This document shows positions 1 through 12,358 of a stretch of DNA of 64,000 nucleotides, in pieces. This DNA is from Candidatus Nanopelagicales bacterium (GTDB lineage Bacteria; Actinomycetota; Actinomycetes; S36-B12; UBA10799). Under the pieces are notes generated by a model. That model saw only the letters and a program-made list of their open reading frames with translations, was not told where the DNA came from and did no database searches. Position 1 is the first letter of the stretch, and every line of letters begins with the position of its first letter. Location of the stretch: NCBI GenBank assembly GCA_037046735.1, contig JBAOHC010000027.1, positions 111,909 to 175,908 of the forward strand, given 5' to 3'. Both the position numbers and the translations under genes were made by a program.

Positions 1-198
1 CACGAAGCCATCGTCGGTGGGACGGACCACCAGATCCTCCGGCGACAGGTCCATCGCGATCCGGGCGGCGGAGGCGACGACCTGCTCCACGACTCCCGTG
101 GTCGCGTCCCACGGGGCAGTAATGGTCAGCCGCACGGCGGGACCGCCGATGTCAGGATTCGGTCCTGGCAGGACACGGATGTCTTGAATCTGCGTCAC
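1..198 (-). CDS. hypothetical protein, 5' end only (runs off the left edge of the window)
   Basis: The minus strand is open from GTG at 198 to position 1: 66 codons, no stop, mostly G/C third positions (VTQIQDIRVLPGPNPDIGGPAVRLTITAPWDATTGVVEQVV...). It is absent from the ORF track because it has no stop inside the window. I cannot recognise a family from 66 residues. Confidence 0.4.
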   Translation of the reverse strand, partial: MTQIQDIRVLPGPNPDIGGPAVRLTITAPWDATTGVVEQVVASAARIAMDLSPEDLVVRPTDDGFV

Positions 199-208
199 AG
201 CCCTCAGG

Positions 209-1717
209 GTGCCACGGGTTAGCGGCAGAATGCCTAGGGTGAACGCTTCCCTGGATCCGCAGTTCGCGGTCCTCGACCTGCCCGCCATTCAGGACGCGGC
301 ACTGAGCACCGCCAGTCGACTGCGGGCCTCCTACGCCTGCGTACGCGTGCACCAGATCAAGACACGCATGCTGCATGTGCGCGATCTGCGGTTGGACACC
401 GCTGTGGATCACCGTGATATCGGAGTCGGGGTACGCGTCATCGTGGACGGCGCGTGGGGCTTCGCGGCGACCAGCGACCTGTCCCCCGCGGCGGTGGCGA
501 GCGCGGCGGAGCGGGCGTGCGCACTGGCGGTGCGCTGCGCGGTGCTGCCGGGGTCCGCGGTGCGCCTGGCCGACGAGCCGGTGGCCCAGGGCACCCACTT
601 CTCGTCCTACAGAATTGATCCGTTTGAGGTGTCGGTGGCCGACATGGTCACCCGCCTGCAGGAACAGTGCGCCCTGATGGCCGCCCTTGACCACACCAGC
701 GCGAGTGTGGAGTGCGCCAAGGAGACGGTGTTCCTGGCCGACCTGGCAGGCGCGCGCATCGTCCAGCAGGGGGTCCGGATCCACCCCGTGTACACCGGGG
801 TCCGGGTGACCGAACAGGGCTTCGACGACATGTCGACGACCGCGCCACCCACCGGCCGTGGTTGGGAGTACTGCCTGGATGGCTGGGACTGGGACCGGGA
901 ACTCGCGGACATGCCCGAGGTGCTCGACGAGAAGGTGGCCGCGCCCAGCATCGAACCAGGCCGTTACGACCTCATCATCGACCCTACGAACCTGTGGCTG
1001 ACCATCCACGAGTCCGTCGGCCATGCCACCGAGAAGGATCGGGCTCTGGGCTACGAGGCCAACTATGCCGGAACCTCATTCGCCACTCCTGAGAAACTGG
1101 ATCGATTGCGCTATGGCAGTGGCCTCATGAACATCCGTGCCGATCGCACCGTGCAGCACGGTCTGTCCACCGTGGGCTGGGACGATGAGGCGGTCGCGGC
1201 ACAGTCGTGGGATCTGGTCAGTGATGGCATGTTCGTGGGCTACCAGCTCGATCGGCAGATGGCCGCGCCGCTGCGCTCCAACGGCTGCGCGTACGCCGAC
1301 AGCGCCGAGCACGTCCCCATCCAGCGCATGCCCAACGTCAGCCTGCAGCCCGATCCCGGGGGCGGCACCACCACGGATCTGATCGCCGGTGTCGACGACG
1401 GGATCTACATCGTGGGGGACAAGTCCTGGTCCATCGACATGCAGCGCTTCAACTTCCAGTTCACCGGCCAGCGCTTCTACCGTGTGCGCCACGGCGAGGT
1501 GGTCGGTCAGGTCCGGGACGTCGCCTACCAGTCCAACACCCTGGACTTCTGGAACTCCCTGCGGGCACTGGGTGGACCGCGCACCTATCTGCTGGGGGGC
1601 GCCTTCAACTGCGGTAAGGGCCAACCCGGCCAGGTCGCCCCCGTATCGCATGGCTGCCCGACCGCGGTCTTCGAAGCGATCAACGTGCTGAACACTCGTG
1701 AGGAGGCGACCCAGTGA
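209..1717 (+). CDS. tldD: TldD-family metallopeptidase
   Basis: 502-aa ORF with the HESVGHATE metal-binding motif and TldD/PmbA-like sequence throughout. The start is GTG at 209 or ATG at 230. The stop overlaps the next gene's start (GTGA at 1714-1717). Confidence 0.85.
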   Translation: MPRVSGRMPRVNASLDPQFAVLDLPAIQDAALSTASRLRASYACVRVHQIKTRMLHVRDLRLDTAVDHRDIGVGVRVIVDGAWGFAATSDLSPAAVASAAERACALAVRCAVLPGSAVRLADEPVAQGTHFSSYRIDPFEVSVADMVTRLQEQCALMAALDHTSASVECAKETVFLADLAGARIVQQGVRIHPVYTGVRVTEQGFDDMSTTAPPTGRGWEYCLDGWDWDRELADMPEVLDEKVAAPSIEPGRYDLIIDPTNLWLTIHESVGHATEKDRALGYEANYAGTSFATPEKLDRLRYGSGLMNIRADRTVQHGLSTVGWDDEAVAAQSWDLVSDGMFVGYQLDRQMAAPLRSNGCAYADSAEHVPIQRMPNVSLQPDPGGGTTTDLIAGVDDGIYIVGDKSWSIDMQRFNFQFTGQRFYRVRHGEVVGQVRDVAYQSNTLDFWNSLRALGGPRTYLLGGAFNCGKGQPGQVAPVSHGCPTAVFEAINVLNTREEATQ

Positions 1718-3055
1718 GTGCCACCGACCTGATCCACGCCGCTCTCGACCGCCTCGGCGAGGGGGTTGTCGTGCTGCGCGACACCCACAGTCAGAACGTG
1801 CGCTGGGCCAACTCCCAGGTGACCACCAACGGTGACATGTGGTCGACCAACCTCACGGTGATCGCAGCACAGCCGGTCGCGAAGGGTACGGGGGTCGCGG
1901 TGATGTCCGGTCAGGTGGCCGATCCCCCCGAGGCGGCAGCACTGGCTGACCAGGCCCTCACGGCGGCGGCCGAGTCGACGGACAGTGACCGGGCCGACCT
2001 CATCGATGCCGGGACGGACGCCGGCTTCGAGGACTCGGCGCCTCCGTTGGAGCACAGCACACCGGAGCGCATGGTGAGGGCGCTGGGGGTCTTCCTGGAC
2101 GCCCGAACCCCGCAGTTCGGCTACGCGGAGGCGACCCGTTCGACCACGTACCTGGCCACGACTGCGGGCACCCGCCATCGGCACGTGCAGGACCAGTTCC
2201 GGTTCGAGGCATCGGCCCGGGACGCTTCGGGCTCCACCTGGTGGGGGACGAACACGTGGCAGGCCCCGTTCCGGGATGCAGCGGCTCAACAGACGCGGGA
2301 TCTGGCTGTGCAGCGCAGCCGGCAGTCCCTGGATCCGGGTAGGCACCCGGTGATCCTGACCCCGGGCGCCGTCGCAGACCTGCTCATCTACCTGGCGTGG
2401 TCGGCCAGCGGCCGGGATGCGGTTGAGGGGCACAACGTGTTCGCCAAACCGGGCGGAGGCACCCGGATCGGTGACAGTCTGACCCACGCGCGGTCACGCT
2501 GTTCGCCGATCCCGGGTACGAGGGGCTGCAGTCCGCAACCTCGGTCGTGGTGGAGGCGAACTCGAGCATGGACTCGGTGTTCGACAACGGTATGGCACTG
2601 GGTCGGCAAGCCTTGATCACCGACGGCCAGCTGACGTCCTTGCGGGCCTCCCGGCCCACGGGAGAACGGTTCGGCCTGCCCCCGGTGTACCTCACCGACA
2701 ACCTGATCATGACCGATGACCAGGGCCACGGCTCCCTTGCCGACCTGATCGCGCGCACAAACGAGGCGGTCCTGATCAACTGTCTGTGGTACATCCGCGA
2801 GGTGGACCCCAGAATCTGCTGTTGACCGGCCTCACCCGCGACGGGGTGTACCGCGTGCGCAACGGGACTGTCGTGGCCGGTCTGCCCAACTTCCGCTTCA
2901 ACGTTGCGGTGCCGGACCTGCTGCATCGCATCGCCGACGCCTCGGCGACCGTGAACTGCCTGCCGAGGGAGTGGGCGGACTGGTTCACCCGCACGGCGAT
3001 GCCCGCCCTGTTGATCGACGGGTTCAACCTCAGCAGTGCCAGCGATGCCCGCTGA
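1714..3055 (+). pseudogene. pmbA: PmbA/TldE-family peptidase partner, interrupted by two single-base deletions
   Basis: Three ORF-track pieces in three frames (1714.., 2547..2825, 2786..3055) join into one protein of about 447 aa. The first junction is ...IGDSLTHAR|VTLFADPGYEGL... near 2491, where GG occurs but GGG is needed. The second is ...LWYIREVDP|QNLLLTGLTRDG... at the C-run 2807-2810, where CCCC occurs but CCCCC is needed. Confidence 0.8.
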
Positions 3056-3059
3056 CCGC

Positions 3060-3347
3060 TCAGTCCTGGTGCGTGCTGCCGATCTGGCGTTGATCGTTCA
3101 GGATGATCATGGGGGATGCTTTCGGCGCCCGCTTGCGTCCCGCGTTGGCCATGACGACGGCGAAGTACGGTAACAGGACGGCACCGGCCAGCAGAGCCCA
3201 CCGCAGCCACCCCGACGCGATGATCGCCCCCAGGAAACACACGGTGCGGATGGCCATCGACACCAGGTAGCGCCGGGTCCGAGCCCGCTGATCCTCCACG
3301 AGGGACACCTGCGCGCCGGTAATCGAAATGCTGTCCGATCGGGCCAC
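3060..3347 (-). CDS. DUF3099-like small membrane protein
   Basis: RRYLVSMAIRTVCFLGAIIASGWLRWALLAGAVLLPYFAVVMANAG matches the two-TM DUF3099 pattern. The GTG at 3347 is preceded on the coding strand by TACCGT (TAnnnT) plus 6 nt, which is a leaderless-type promoter. The longer ORF-track N-terminus does not look like protein. Confidence 0.65.
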   Translation of the reverse strand: MARSDSISITGAQVSLVEDQRARTRRYLVSMAIRTVCFLGAIIASGWLRWALLAGAVLLPYFAVVMANAGRKRAPKASPMIILNDQRQIGSTHQD

Positions 3348-3548
3348 AGCTCTACGGTAGTCTCGCCCCGCAGGTGCCGCCAATGCCCGGATGGAGCATA
3401 CGGTGAAGTGACCGTTGTCAGACCCCACGCGGACTTCTGTCGGGGTCGGCAGCCGTGAGGTGGGCCACAATGCCCACGCTGACCTGCCGTACCGTGGGAT
3501 TGCAGACGTGACTGACGCGTTGCGAAACCTTCAGAACGGAGCGAGTGG

Positions 3549-3761
3549 ATGAGCAACCGCACCTACCGCCTGACCGAGATCGTGGGGACATCCCCCGATA
3601 GCGTGGACCAGGCCATCCGCAACGGCATCAGCCGAGCGGCCGAGACCCTGCGCCACATCGACTGGTTCGAGGTCACTGACATCCGCGGCTACATCCGCGA
3701 CACCGACGTCAACCACTATCAGGTCACCCTGAAGATCGGCTTCCGCCTGGAGGATCAGTAG
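3549..3761 (+). CDS. dodecin family flavin-binding protein
   Basis: 70-aa ORF (MSNRTYRLTEIVGTSPDSVDQAIRNGISRAAETLRHIDWFEV...). Its size and sequence pattern are typical of bacterial dodecins. A GGAGCGAGTGG Shine-Dalgarno-like stretch lies upstream. Confidence 0.8.
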   Translation: MSNRTYRLTEIVGTSPDSVDQAIRNGISRAAETLRHIDWFEVTDIRGYIRDTDVNHYQVTLKIGFRLEDQ

Positions 3762-3766
3762 CTGTC

Positions 3767-4507
3767 GTGTCCGACTGGTTGGCTGTGCTGCGCAAACCCG
3801 TGTGGTGGGGGCTGCTACTCGCGCTCCCGGTTGCAATGGGGCTGTGCCTGCTCGCGGCGAACTGGCAGTACGACCGCCATGAACGTCGCTCAGTGGAGCA
3901 GGCCCGGTCAGAGGCGGTCGACACCACCGCACCCCTGCCGTTGGCCCAGGCGCTGCCCCCCGCGACACCCTTGACGACGGCCGAACACTTCACGCCGGTG
4001 GTCGCGGCGGGTACCTACGACCCCCAGACCATCCTCATCCGAAACCGGTCCCGCAACGATCAGCGGGGACTCTGGATCGTCAGCCCACTTCGCCTCGCGG
4101 ACGGCTCGGTCATCATGGTTCTACGCGGCTGGGTGGCCGCCACCCGGGACAATGCGCAGGTACCACCCACCACTCCCCCACCCGCCGGACCGGTCGAGGT
4201 CACCGGAGTGCTGCGACCCTCCGAGCCGCGCAAAGGTCCCGGCATCCTCAGTAACGGCGAAGCGACCTCGCTGAACACCGAGACGCTGTGCCCCGATCCG
4301 AGTTGCTACCAGGCCTACCTGCAGATGACTGACTCCATCCCACAGGACTCCGTCGAGGCGGTCCCCGTCCAGGGGCCCGGGCTGGGGCCCCACCTCGGAT
4401 ATGCGGGGCAGTGGGTCATCTTCGCCCTCCTGCTGCCGGTGGGCTATGTGATCCTGCTGCGTCGCGAGGTACAGGAGAGGCGGGCGCGCAAGGTGCCCGT
4501 CGCCTGA
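3767..4507 (+). CDS. SURF1 family cytochrome oxidase assembly protein
   Basis: 246 aa with an N-terminal TM, an ANWQYDRHERR motif, a C-terminal TM and a basic tail, as in SURF1/Shy1 homologues. GTG start at 3767. Confidence 0.75.
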   Translation: MSDWLAVLRKPVWWGLLLALPVAMGLCLLAANWQYDRHERRSVEQARSEAVDTTAPLPLAQALPPATPLTTAEHFTPVVAAGTYDPQTILIRNRSRNDQRGLWIVSPLRLADGSVIMVLRGWVAATRDNAQVPPTTPPPAGPVEVTGVLRPSEPRKGPGILSNGEATSLNTETLCPDPSCYQAYLQMTDSIPQDSVEAVPVQGPGLGPHLGYAGQWVIFALLLPVGYVILLRREVQERRARKVPVA

Positions 4508-4588
4508 GACGCCACCCACGGCGCGACATGTCACGGCGCGCCCGTCCCATCGCGAGCACGGCTGGTCCCGGTGGGGCAGGATTGCAGC

Positions 4589-5365
4589 ATGGACCTCAGA
4601 CTGGCCGGGCGCTGCTACGTGGTCACGGGGGCCTCACGCGGATTGGGTTTCGCCGCCGCGAAAGTCTTGATCGACGAGGGTGCGATGGTGGTCCTGGTCG
4701 CCCGTGATCAAGCCACCCTCAGTGGCGCGGTGGCCGCTCTCGGGCCCAATGCGTTCGGAGTCGCCGCTGACCTGGGGGCCGCCGCCACCGCGGAGAACGC
4801 GACAGCCGCCGCGATGGCCCGGTTCGGCCGCCTCGATGGCACCCTGATCAGTGCCGGCAGCCCGCGGCCCGGGACGCCCATGACGGCCACTGATGACGCC
4901 TGGCGGGCCGCCTTCGAGACGCTGTTCGTGGGCGGCATGCGGATGGTCCGGGCGACCGTCCTCGTGGCGACGCAGGAGGCCGCGGTGACGGGGACCGGCG
5001 CCAGCATCGTCTTCGTCTCGTCGAGTTCGGTACGCTCCCCCATCCCAGGGCTGTTGATGTCCAACGACATCCGTCCCGGCCTGTCCACGATGATCAAGGA
5101 CCTCGCCGACGAGATCGGGCCTCGCGGCGTTCGGGTGAACGGCATCCTCCCGGGGAGGTTCGCCACGGACGCCGTCTTCGCTCAGGATGCCCAGCAGGGC
5201 GACCCCATGGCGGTCCGCCGGCGCCGGGAGGCCGGGATTCCCCTGCGCCGCTACGGCGAGCCCGACGAGTTCGGACGGCTGGCGGCCTTCCTGCTGTCGC
5301 CGGCGTCGTCGTATGTGACAGGCTCGGTGGTGGCCGCCGACGGCGGCCTGCTGCGCGCCCTGTAG
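4589..5365 (+). CDS. SDR family oxidoreductase
   Basis: VVTGASRGLGFAAA Rossmann motif and typical SDR length. The ATG at 4589 follows GGGGCAGGA. The ORF track begins 18 nt earlier at a GTG. Confidence 0.8.
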   Translation: MDLRLAGRCYVVTGASRGLGFAAAKVLIDEGAMVVLVARDQATLSGAVAALGPNAFGVAADLGAAATAENATAAAMARFGRLDGTLISAGSPRPGTPMTATDDAWRAAFETLFVGGMRMVRATVLVATQEAAVTGTGASIVFVSSSSVRSPIPGLLMSNDIRPGLSTMIKDLADEIGPRGVRVNGILPGRFATDAVFAQDAQQGDPMAVRRRREAGIPLRRYGEPDEFGRLAAFLLSPASSYVTGSVVAADGGLLRAL

Positions 5366-5372
5366 CCCGACG

Positions 5373-7250
5373 TCACTGGGCCGCGGCGCTGAGACTGAAC
5401 TGCTCGTAATGCCGGGCGTACACCCCGCCCTCGGCCAGCAGTTCGTCATGACGACCCCGTTCGACGATCCGGCCGTTCTCCACGACCAGGATCAGATCGG
5501 CGTCGCGCACTGTGGACAGGCGGTGGGCGATGACCAGGGAGGTGCGCCCCCGCAAGGCTGCGCTCAGGGCGCGCTGCACGGCCCGCTCGTTCTCGCTGTC
5601 AAGGTGCGCGGTGGCCTCGTCCAGCACCACGACACCGGGCCGTTTGAGTAGCAACCGGGCGATCGCCAACCGCTGCTTCTCGCCACCTGACAGCCGGTAG
5701 CCCCGATCTCCGACGACCGTGTTCAGCGCGTCCGGAAGGCTGCGAATCAGGTCGGCGATCTGGGCGTCCTCGCAGGCCGCCCAGATCTGCTCCTCGGTGG
5801 CGTCGGGGGCGGCGTAGCGCAGGTTGGCCAGGATCGTGTCGTGGAACATGTGGGCGTCCTGGGTGACGTAGCCCACGGTCTGCCGCAGGGACGCCAGGGT
5901 CAACTCCCGCACGTCAACGCCGTCGAGCTGAACAGCTCCGGAGTCGACGTCATAGAGCCGGGAGACGAGTTGGGTGATGGTGGTCTTCCCCGCTCCGCTG
6001 GGGCCGACAAGGGCCACCATCGAGCCGGCCGGGATGTCGAAGTCGACGTCGAACAGGATCTGTTCGTTGGAGGTGGCCTCCTCAATCGCGACCGCCTCCA
6101 GGGACGCCAGCGACACCTCCTGGGGTGACGGGTAGTGGAACGCGACCTGGTCGAAGCGCACACTCACCGGGCCTGGCGGCAGATCACGCGCACCATCGCG
6201 TTCAGTGATCAAGGGCGGTAGATCGAGGACCTCGAAGACCCGCTCGAAACTCACCAGTGCGGTCATGATGTCCACGCGGACATTGCTCAACTGGGTCAGC
6301 GGCCCGTAGAGCTGGGCGAGCAGCCCGACGAGCGCCAATAGCGTTCCCAACGTCATGGCCCCGGTCACCACCAGGTTGCCGCCCAGTCCGTACACCAGCG
6401 CTGTGGCCAGCGACGCGACCAGAGTGAGCGCCGTCAGGAAGTAGCGGTTGGCCATCGCGATCTGCACCCCGATGTCGCGAACCCGCGCGGCCCGGCCGGA
6501 GAAGTCGGCGTCCTCCTGCGCCGGCCGGCCGAAGAGTTTTGCCAGCAGGGCACCACCCACGTTGAAGCGCTCCGTCATCTGAGTGCTCATGTCGGAGTTC
6601 AGTTGCATCTGCTGGCGGGTCAAGGTCGCCAGCCGCCGCCCCATCCACTTGGCGGGCAGGATGAACAGCGGCACGAGTACCAGCGAGGCCAAAGTGATCT
6701 GCCACGACAGTGCGAACATGGTTATCAACACCACGACCAGGCTGATCAGGTTGCCCAGGACGCCCGACAGCGTGGAGGTGAACGCCTGCTGAGCGCCGAT
6801 CACGTCGTTGTTGAGACGCGAGACCAGCGCCCCGGTCTGGGTGCGCGTGAAGAACGCGATCGGCTGCCGCTGCACGTGGGCGAAGACCTCTGAACGCAGG
6901 TCGTAGATCAGGCCTTCGCCGATCCGCGAGGACTGCCAACGGCTGATGAGGCCGACCCCGGCATCGAAGAAGGCCAACAGCGCGACCAGCAGCGCCGTGG
7001 TTGTCACGACAGCGGCATTCCCGGGGGTGATGCCGTCATCGACGATGCGCCGGAAGAGCAAGGGTTGCGCCACTACCAGCAGCGAGTCGATGACGAGCAA
7101 CACGAGGAACCCGCTGATCAGCCCGCGGTACTTCGTCGCGTACCCCAGGATGCGCCGAAAGGTGCCCGGTGCCAACTTGTGGTCGACGACCGATTCATCC
7201 CGCCTGAATGACCGCATGGCCATATGCGGTCGCATCATCGACATAGCCAC
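5373..7250 (-). CDS. ABC transporter, fused permease/ATP-binding exporter (MsbA/multidrug type)
   Basis: 625 aa. The N-terminal half has six hydrophobic segments. The C-terminal half has Walker A GPSGAGKTT, signature LSGGEKQR and Walker B VVVLDEAT. Confidence 0.85.
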   Translation of the reverse strand: MAMSMMRPHMAMRSFRRDESVVDHKLAPGTFRRILGYATKYRGLISGFLVLLVIDSLLVVAQPLLFRRIVDDGITPGNAAVVTTTALLVALLAFFDAGVGLISRWQSSRIGEGLIYDLRSEVFAHVQRQPIAFFTRTQTGALVSRLNNDVIGAQQAFTSTLSGVLGNLISLVVVLITMFALSWQITLASLVLVPLFILPAKWMGRRLATLTRQQMQLNSDMSTQMTERFNVGGALLAKLFGRPAQEDADFSGRAARVRDIGVQIAMANRYFLTALTLVASLATALVYGLGGNLVVTGAMTLGTLLALVGLLAQLYGPLTQLSNVRVDIMTALVSFERVFEVLDLPPLITERDGARDLPPGPVSVRFDQVAFHYPSPQEVSLASLEAVAIEEATSNEQILFDVDFDIPAGSMVALVGPSGAGKTTITQLVSRLYDVDSGAVQLDGVDVRELTLASLRQTVGYVTQDAHMFHDTILANLRYAAPDATEEQIWAACEDAQIADLIRSLPDALNTVVGDRGYRLSGGEKQRLAIARLLLKRPGVVVLDEATAHLDSENERAVQRALSAALRGRTSLVIAHRLSTVRDADLILVVENGRIVERGRHDELLAEGGVYARHYEQFSLSAAAQ

Positions 7251-7315
7251 CTCAATCCGGTGACCGCGTCAGCCACCCTTAAGGCAACCGTGGCACCCAG
7301 GCAAAGATTCCCTGT

Positions 7316-7534
7316 CTAAGAGGCAGCGCGATTATTTCCCCGGGTGGGACCACCGCGACCACGCAGCGTAACGTCGGCCTCTACGAGCAAGCGGTGGATG
7401 AAGCCATATGAGCGTCCCGTTTCCTGGGCGAGCTGCCGGATGCTGGCGCCGCCTTCGTACTGGGCACGCACTTCCTCCGTGAGTGACTCACGAGCTGAAC
7501 CGGAGATGCGACGCCCTTTGGGCAACGTTGTCAT
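7316..7534 (-). CDS. small helix-turn-helix domain protein
   Basis: 72 aa from the ATG at 7534, preceded by GAGGAAGG 8 nt upstream. ASIRQLAQETGRSYGFIHRLL is an HTH-like segment, and it resembles a small HTH family I recall as widespread in actinobacteria. Confidence 0.7.
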   Translation of the reverse strand: MTTLPKGRRISGSARESLTEEVRAQYEGGASIRQLAQETGRSYGFIHRLLVEADVTLRGRGGPTRGNNRAAS

Positions 7535-7629
7535 GAAGTGACCTTCCTCGTCCTGCAATGGCTATGGAACTTACGATACGGTGCGAATCTAGGTCACGCA
7601 CGGCAATTAGTTGGAACTACCCATACGTG

Positions 7630-9219
7630 TCATGCCAGGGCGATCAGATCCGCGTACTGGTCGTCCCAAAGATCCTCTGCCCCGTCTGGGAGCAGCAATA
7701 CACGCTCTGGCTCAAGAGCTTGCACCGCTCCCGGATCGTGAGTCACCAACACCACTGCACCCTCGTACTCCCGCAGGGCTTCCAGGATCTCGGCACGGGA
7801 GGCCGGGTCGAGGTTGTTCGTCGGCTCGTCGAGAAGCAGCACATTGGCGCCGGACACGACCAGGCACGCCAGCGCCAAACGCGTCTTCTCACCGCCGGAG
7901 AGTGTGCCGGCCGGCTGGAACACGGTGTCGCCGCTGAAGAGAAAGCGCCCGAGGACACCGCGGGCCTCGCCCTCGCTGAGCGCGGGCGCCTGCTGCAGAA
8001 GGTTCGCCAGGACGCTGCGCTGCGGATCCAGGGTCTCGTGCTCCTGGGCGTAGTAGCCGCTGACCAGACCGTGACCGTCGACCACCTCACCGGTGTCCGG
8101 GGTGAGTTCGCGGGCCAGCATGCGCAGCAGTGTCGTCTTGCCCGCTCCGTTGAGACCCAGGACCACCACCCGGGCGCCGCGGTCGATGGCCAGATCGACA
8201 TCCATGAACACCTCCTGTGACCCGTACGACTTCGACAGGCCCTGCGCCGACAGGGGTACTCGCCCACACGACTGCGGGGTGGGGAAGCGCAGGGCAGCGG
8301 TGCGCTCATGCTGGCGTTCCGGCTCGACACTGTGCAGTAGGGCGTCGGCGCGGCGCAGCATCGTCTGGGCCTGCCTGGCCTTGGTCGCCTTGGCGCGCAT
8401 GCGCTCGGCCTGGTGGCGCAGGGCCTCCGCCTGTTTGGTGGCGTTGGCCGTCTCCCGCTTGCGCCGCCGGGCGTCCACCTCCACCTGCTTCTGGTAGGCG
8501 TCCCAGCCCATGGCGTACTGATCCAGAGTGCATCGAGTCGCGTCCAGGTGGGCCACCCGGTTGACGACGTCACGCAGGAGATCCACATCGTGGCTGATGA
8601 TCATCACGCCGGCTGAGTAGGTGCGCAGGAAGGAGCGCAGCCAGGTGATCGAGTCAGCGTCGAGGTGGTTGGTGGGCTCATCGAGCAGCAGGACGCCTTC
8701 GCCGGAGAACAGGATGCGGGCCAGTTCCACGCGGCGCCGCTGCCCACCGGACAAGGTGGCGATCTCACGTTGCAGTTGCTCCTGGGACAGGCCCAGTCCG
8801 TCGGCCACAGCCAGCGCCTGCGCCTCGGCGGCGTATCCCCCTTGCGCGAGGAACTCCGCCTCGGCGCTGGCATACCGGCGCATGGCCTGGTCGCGCAGTT
8901 TCGGGTCCTCCATACGTTTGGCCTGCTTGTGCATCCGCATCACGGCCTCGTCGAGGCCCCGGGCGCTCATGATCCGAGCCAGCGCCGACTGCTCACCATC
9001 AGCAGCTGCCGGATCCTGTGGCAGGTAGCCGACCTCAGCCCTGGTGACTGTCCCGTGCGCGGGGGTGGAGATGCCTGCCAGCACCTTCATCAGGGTGGTC
9101 TTACCGGCCCCGTTACGGCCGACCAACCCCACCCGATCCCCCGGCCCGATGCGCAGGTTCACTGCCTCCAACAGCAGCCGGGCGCCGGCGCGCAACTCGA
9201 TGTCGGTGGCCTGGATCAC
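7630..9219 (-). CDS. ABC-F family ATPase (soluble, tandem ABC domains)
   Basis: 529 aa with no TM segments. It has two Walker A motifs (GRNGAGKTT, GLNGAGKTT) and two signatures (LSGGQRRR, LSGGEKTR) joined by a charged linker. Confidence 0.85.
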   Translation of the reverse strand: MIQATDIELRAGARLLLEAVNLRIGPGDRVGLVGRNGAGKTTLMKVLAGISTPAHGTVTRAEVGYLPQDPAAADGEQSALARIMSARGLDEAVMRMHKQAKRMEDPKLRDQAMRRYASAEAEFLAQGGYAAEAQALAVADGLGLSQEQLQREIATLSGGQRRRVELARILFSGEGVLLLDEPTNHLDADSITWLRSFLRTYSAGVMIISHDVDLLRDVVNRVAHLDATRCTLDQYAMGWDAYQKQVEVDARRRKRETANATKQAEALRHQAERMRAKATKARQAQTMLRRADALLHSVEPERQHERTAALRFPTPQSCGRVPLSAQGLSKSYGSQEVFMDVDLAIDRGARVVVLGLNGAGKTTLLRMLARELTPDTGEVVDGHGLVSGYYAQEHETLDPQRSVLANLLQQAPALSEGEARGVLGRFLFSGDTVFQPAGTLSGGEKTRLALACLVVSGANVLLLDEPTNNLDPASRAEILEALREYEGAVVLVTHDPGAVQALEPERVLLLPDGAEDLWDDQYADLIALA

Positions 9220-9271
9220 GGTTCAACCCTATGCGGGCCGGCGTCCAGTTCCACCTGCCCGGTGTCCCTGC

Positions 9272-9579
9272 TCAGACGTTGAAACCCAGTGCGCGCAGCA
9301 TTTCGCGGCCCTCGTCAGTGATCTTGTCCGGACCCCACGGCGGCATCCACACCCAATTGATTCGGAAATCCCGAACCACCTCGGACAGGGCCACGCGGGT
9401 CTGATCCTCGATCTCGTCGGTCAGCGGGCAGGCCGCCGAGGTCAGCGTCATGTCGATGGTGGCGATCTCGTCGTCATCGACGTGGACCCCGTACACCAAA
9501 CCGAGGTCAACGACGTTGATCCCGAGTTCGGGGTCCACCACGTCACGCATCCGCTCGGTCAGCTCGTCAACAGTCACAC

Positions 9580-9583
<4 letters not shown>
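9272..9583 (-). CDS. sufT: Fe-S assembly protein SufT (DUF59/MIP18 family)
   Basis: MSVTVDELTERMRDVVDPELGINVVDLGLVY... is the DUF59 pattern. It is the last gene of the suf operon, and its start overlaps the sufU stop. Confidence 0.8.
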
Positions 9584-12028
<2,445 letters not shown>

Positions 12029-12032
<4 letters not shown>

Positions 12033-12358
12033 CGTGCCTCCTCAGGAATCGCGACGAGCACTACTGCGTCGTCGCCGTGGCCTTCAATGTGTACGGGGTA
12101 GGTTGCTATGGGTTCGAACGCCGGAGGGCCGGACGGCTCGCCGGTGCGCAGGTCGAAACGGGAGCCGTGCAGCCAGCACTCGATCTCGCAGCCGGAGACC
12201 TCGCCTTCGGACAGGGACACCTCGGCGTGGGAACAGTGGTCGTCGATCGCGAACACCTCGTCACCGACGCGCACGACGGCCAGCGGTATGCCAGCCACGA
12301 TGATGCGCCGCGGCTGGCGATCACGTAGTTCGCCGAGCCGCACAGAGACGTCGGCCAT
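12029..12358 (-). CDS. Rieske [2Fe-2S] ferredoxin-like protein embedded in the suf operon
   Basis: 109 aa with the Rieske ligands CSHAEV (C-x-H) and CWLHGSRF (C-x-x-H). It is translationally coupled on both sides, to sufD and to sufC. Confidence 0.85.

Noticed and set aside
12111-12119. tRNA-like GGTTCGAAC strings (also at 27541-27550).
   Set aside because: Both lie inside well-supported coding regions (the suf Rieske gene and zwf). I could not build flanking acceptor or anticodon stems. No tRNA, rRNA or tmRNA gene is evident anywhere in the window.
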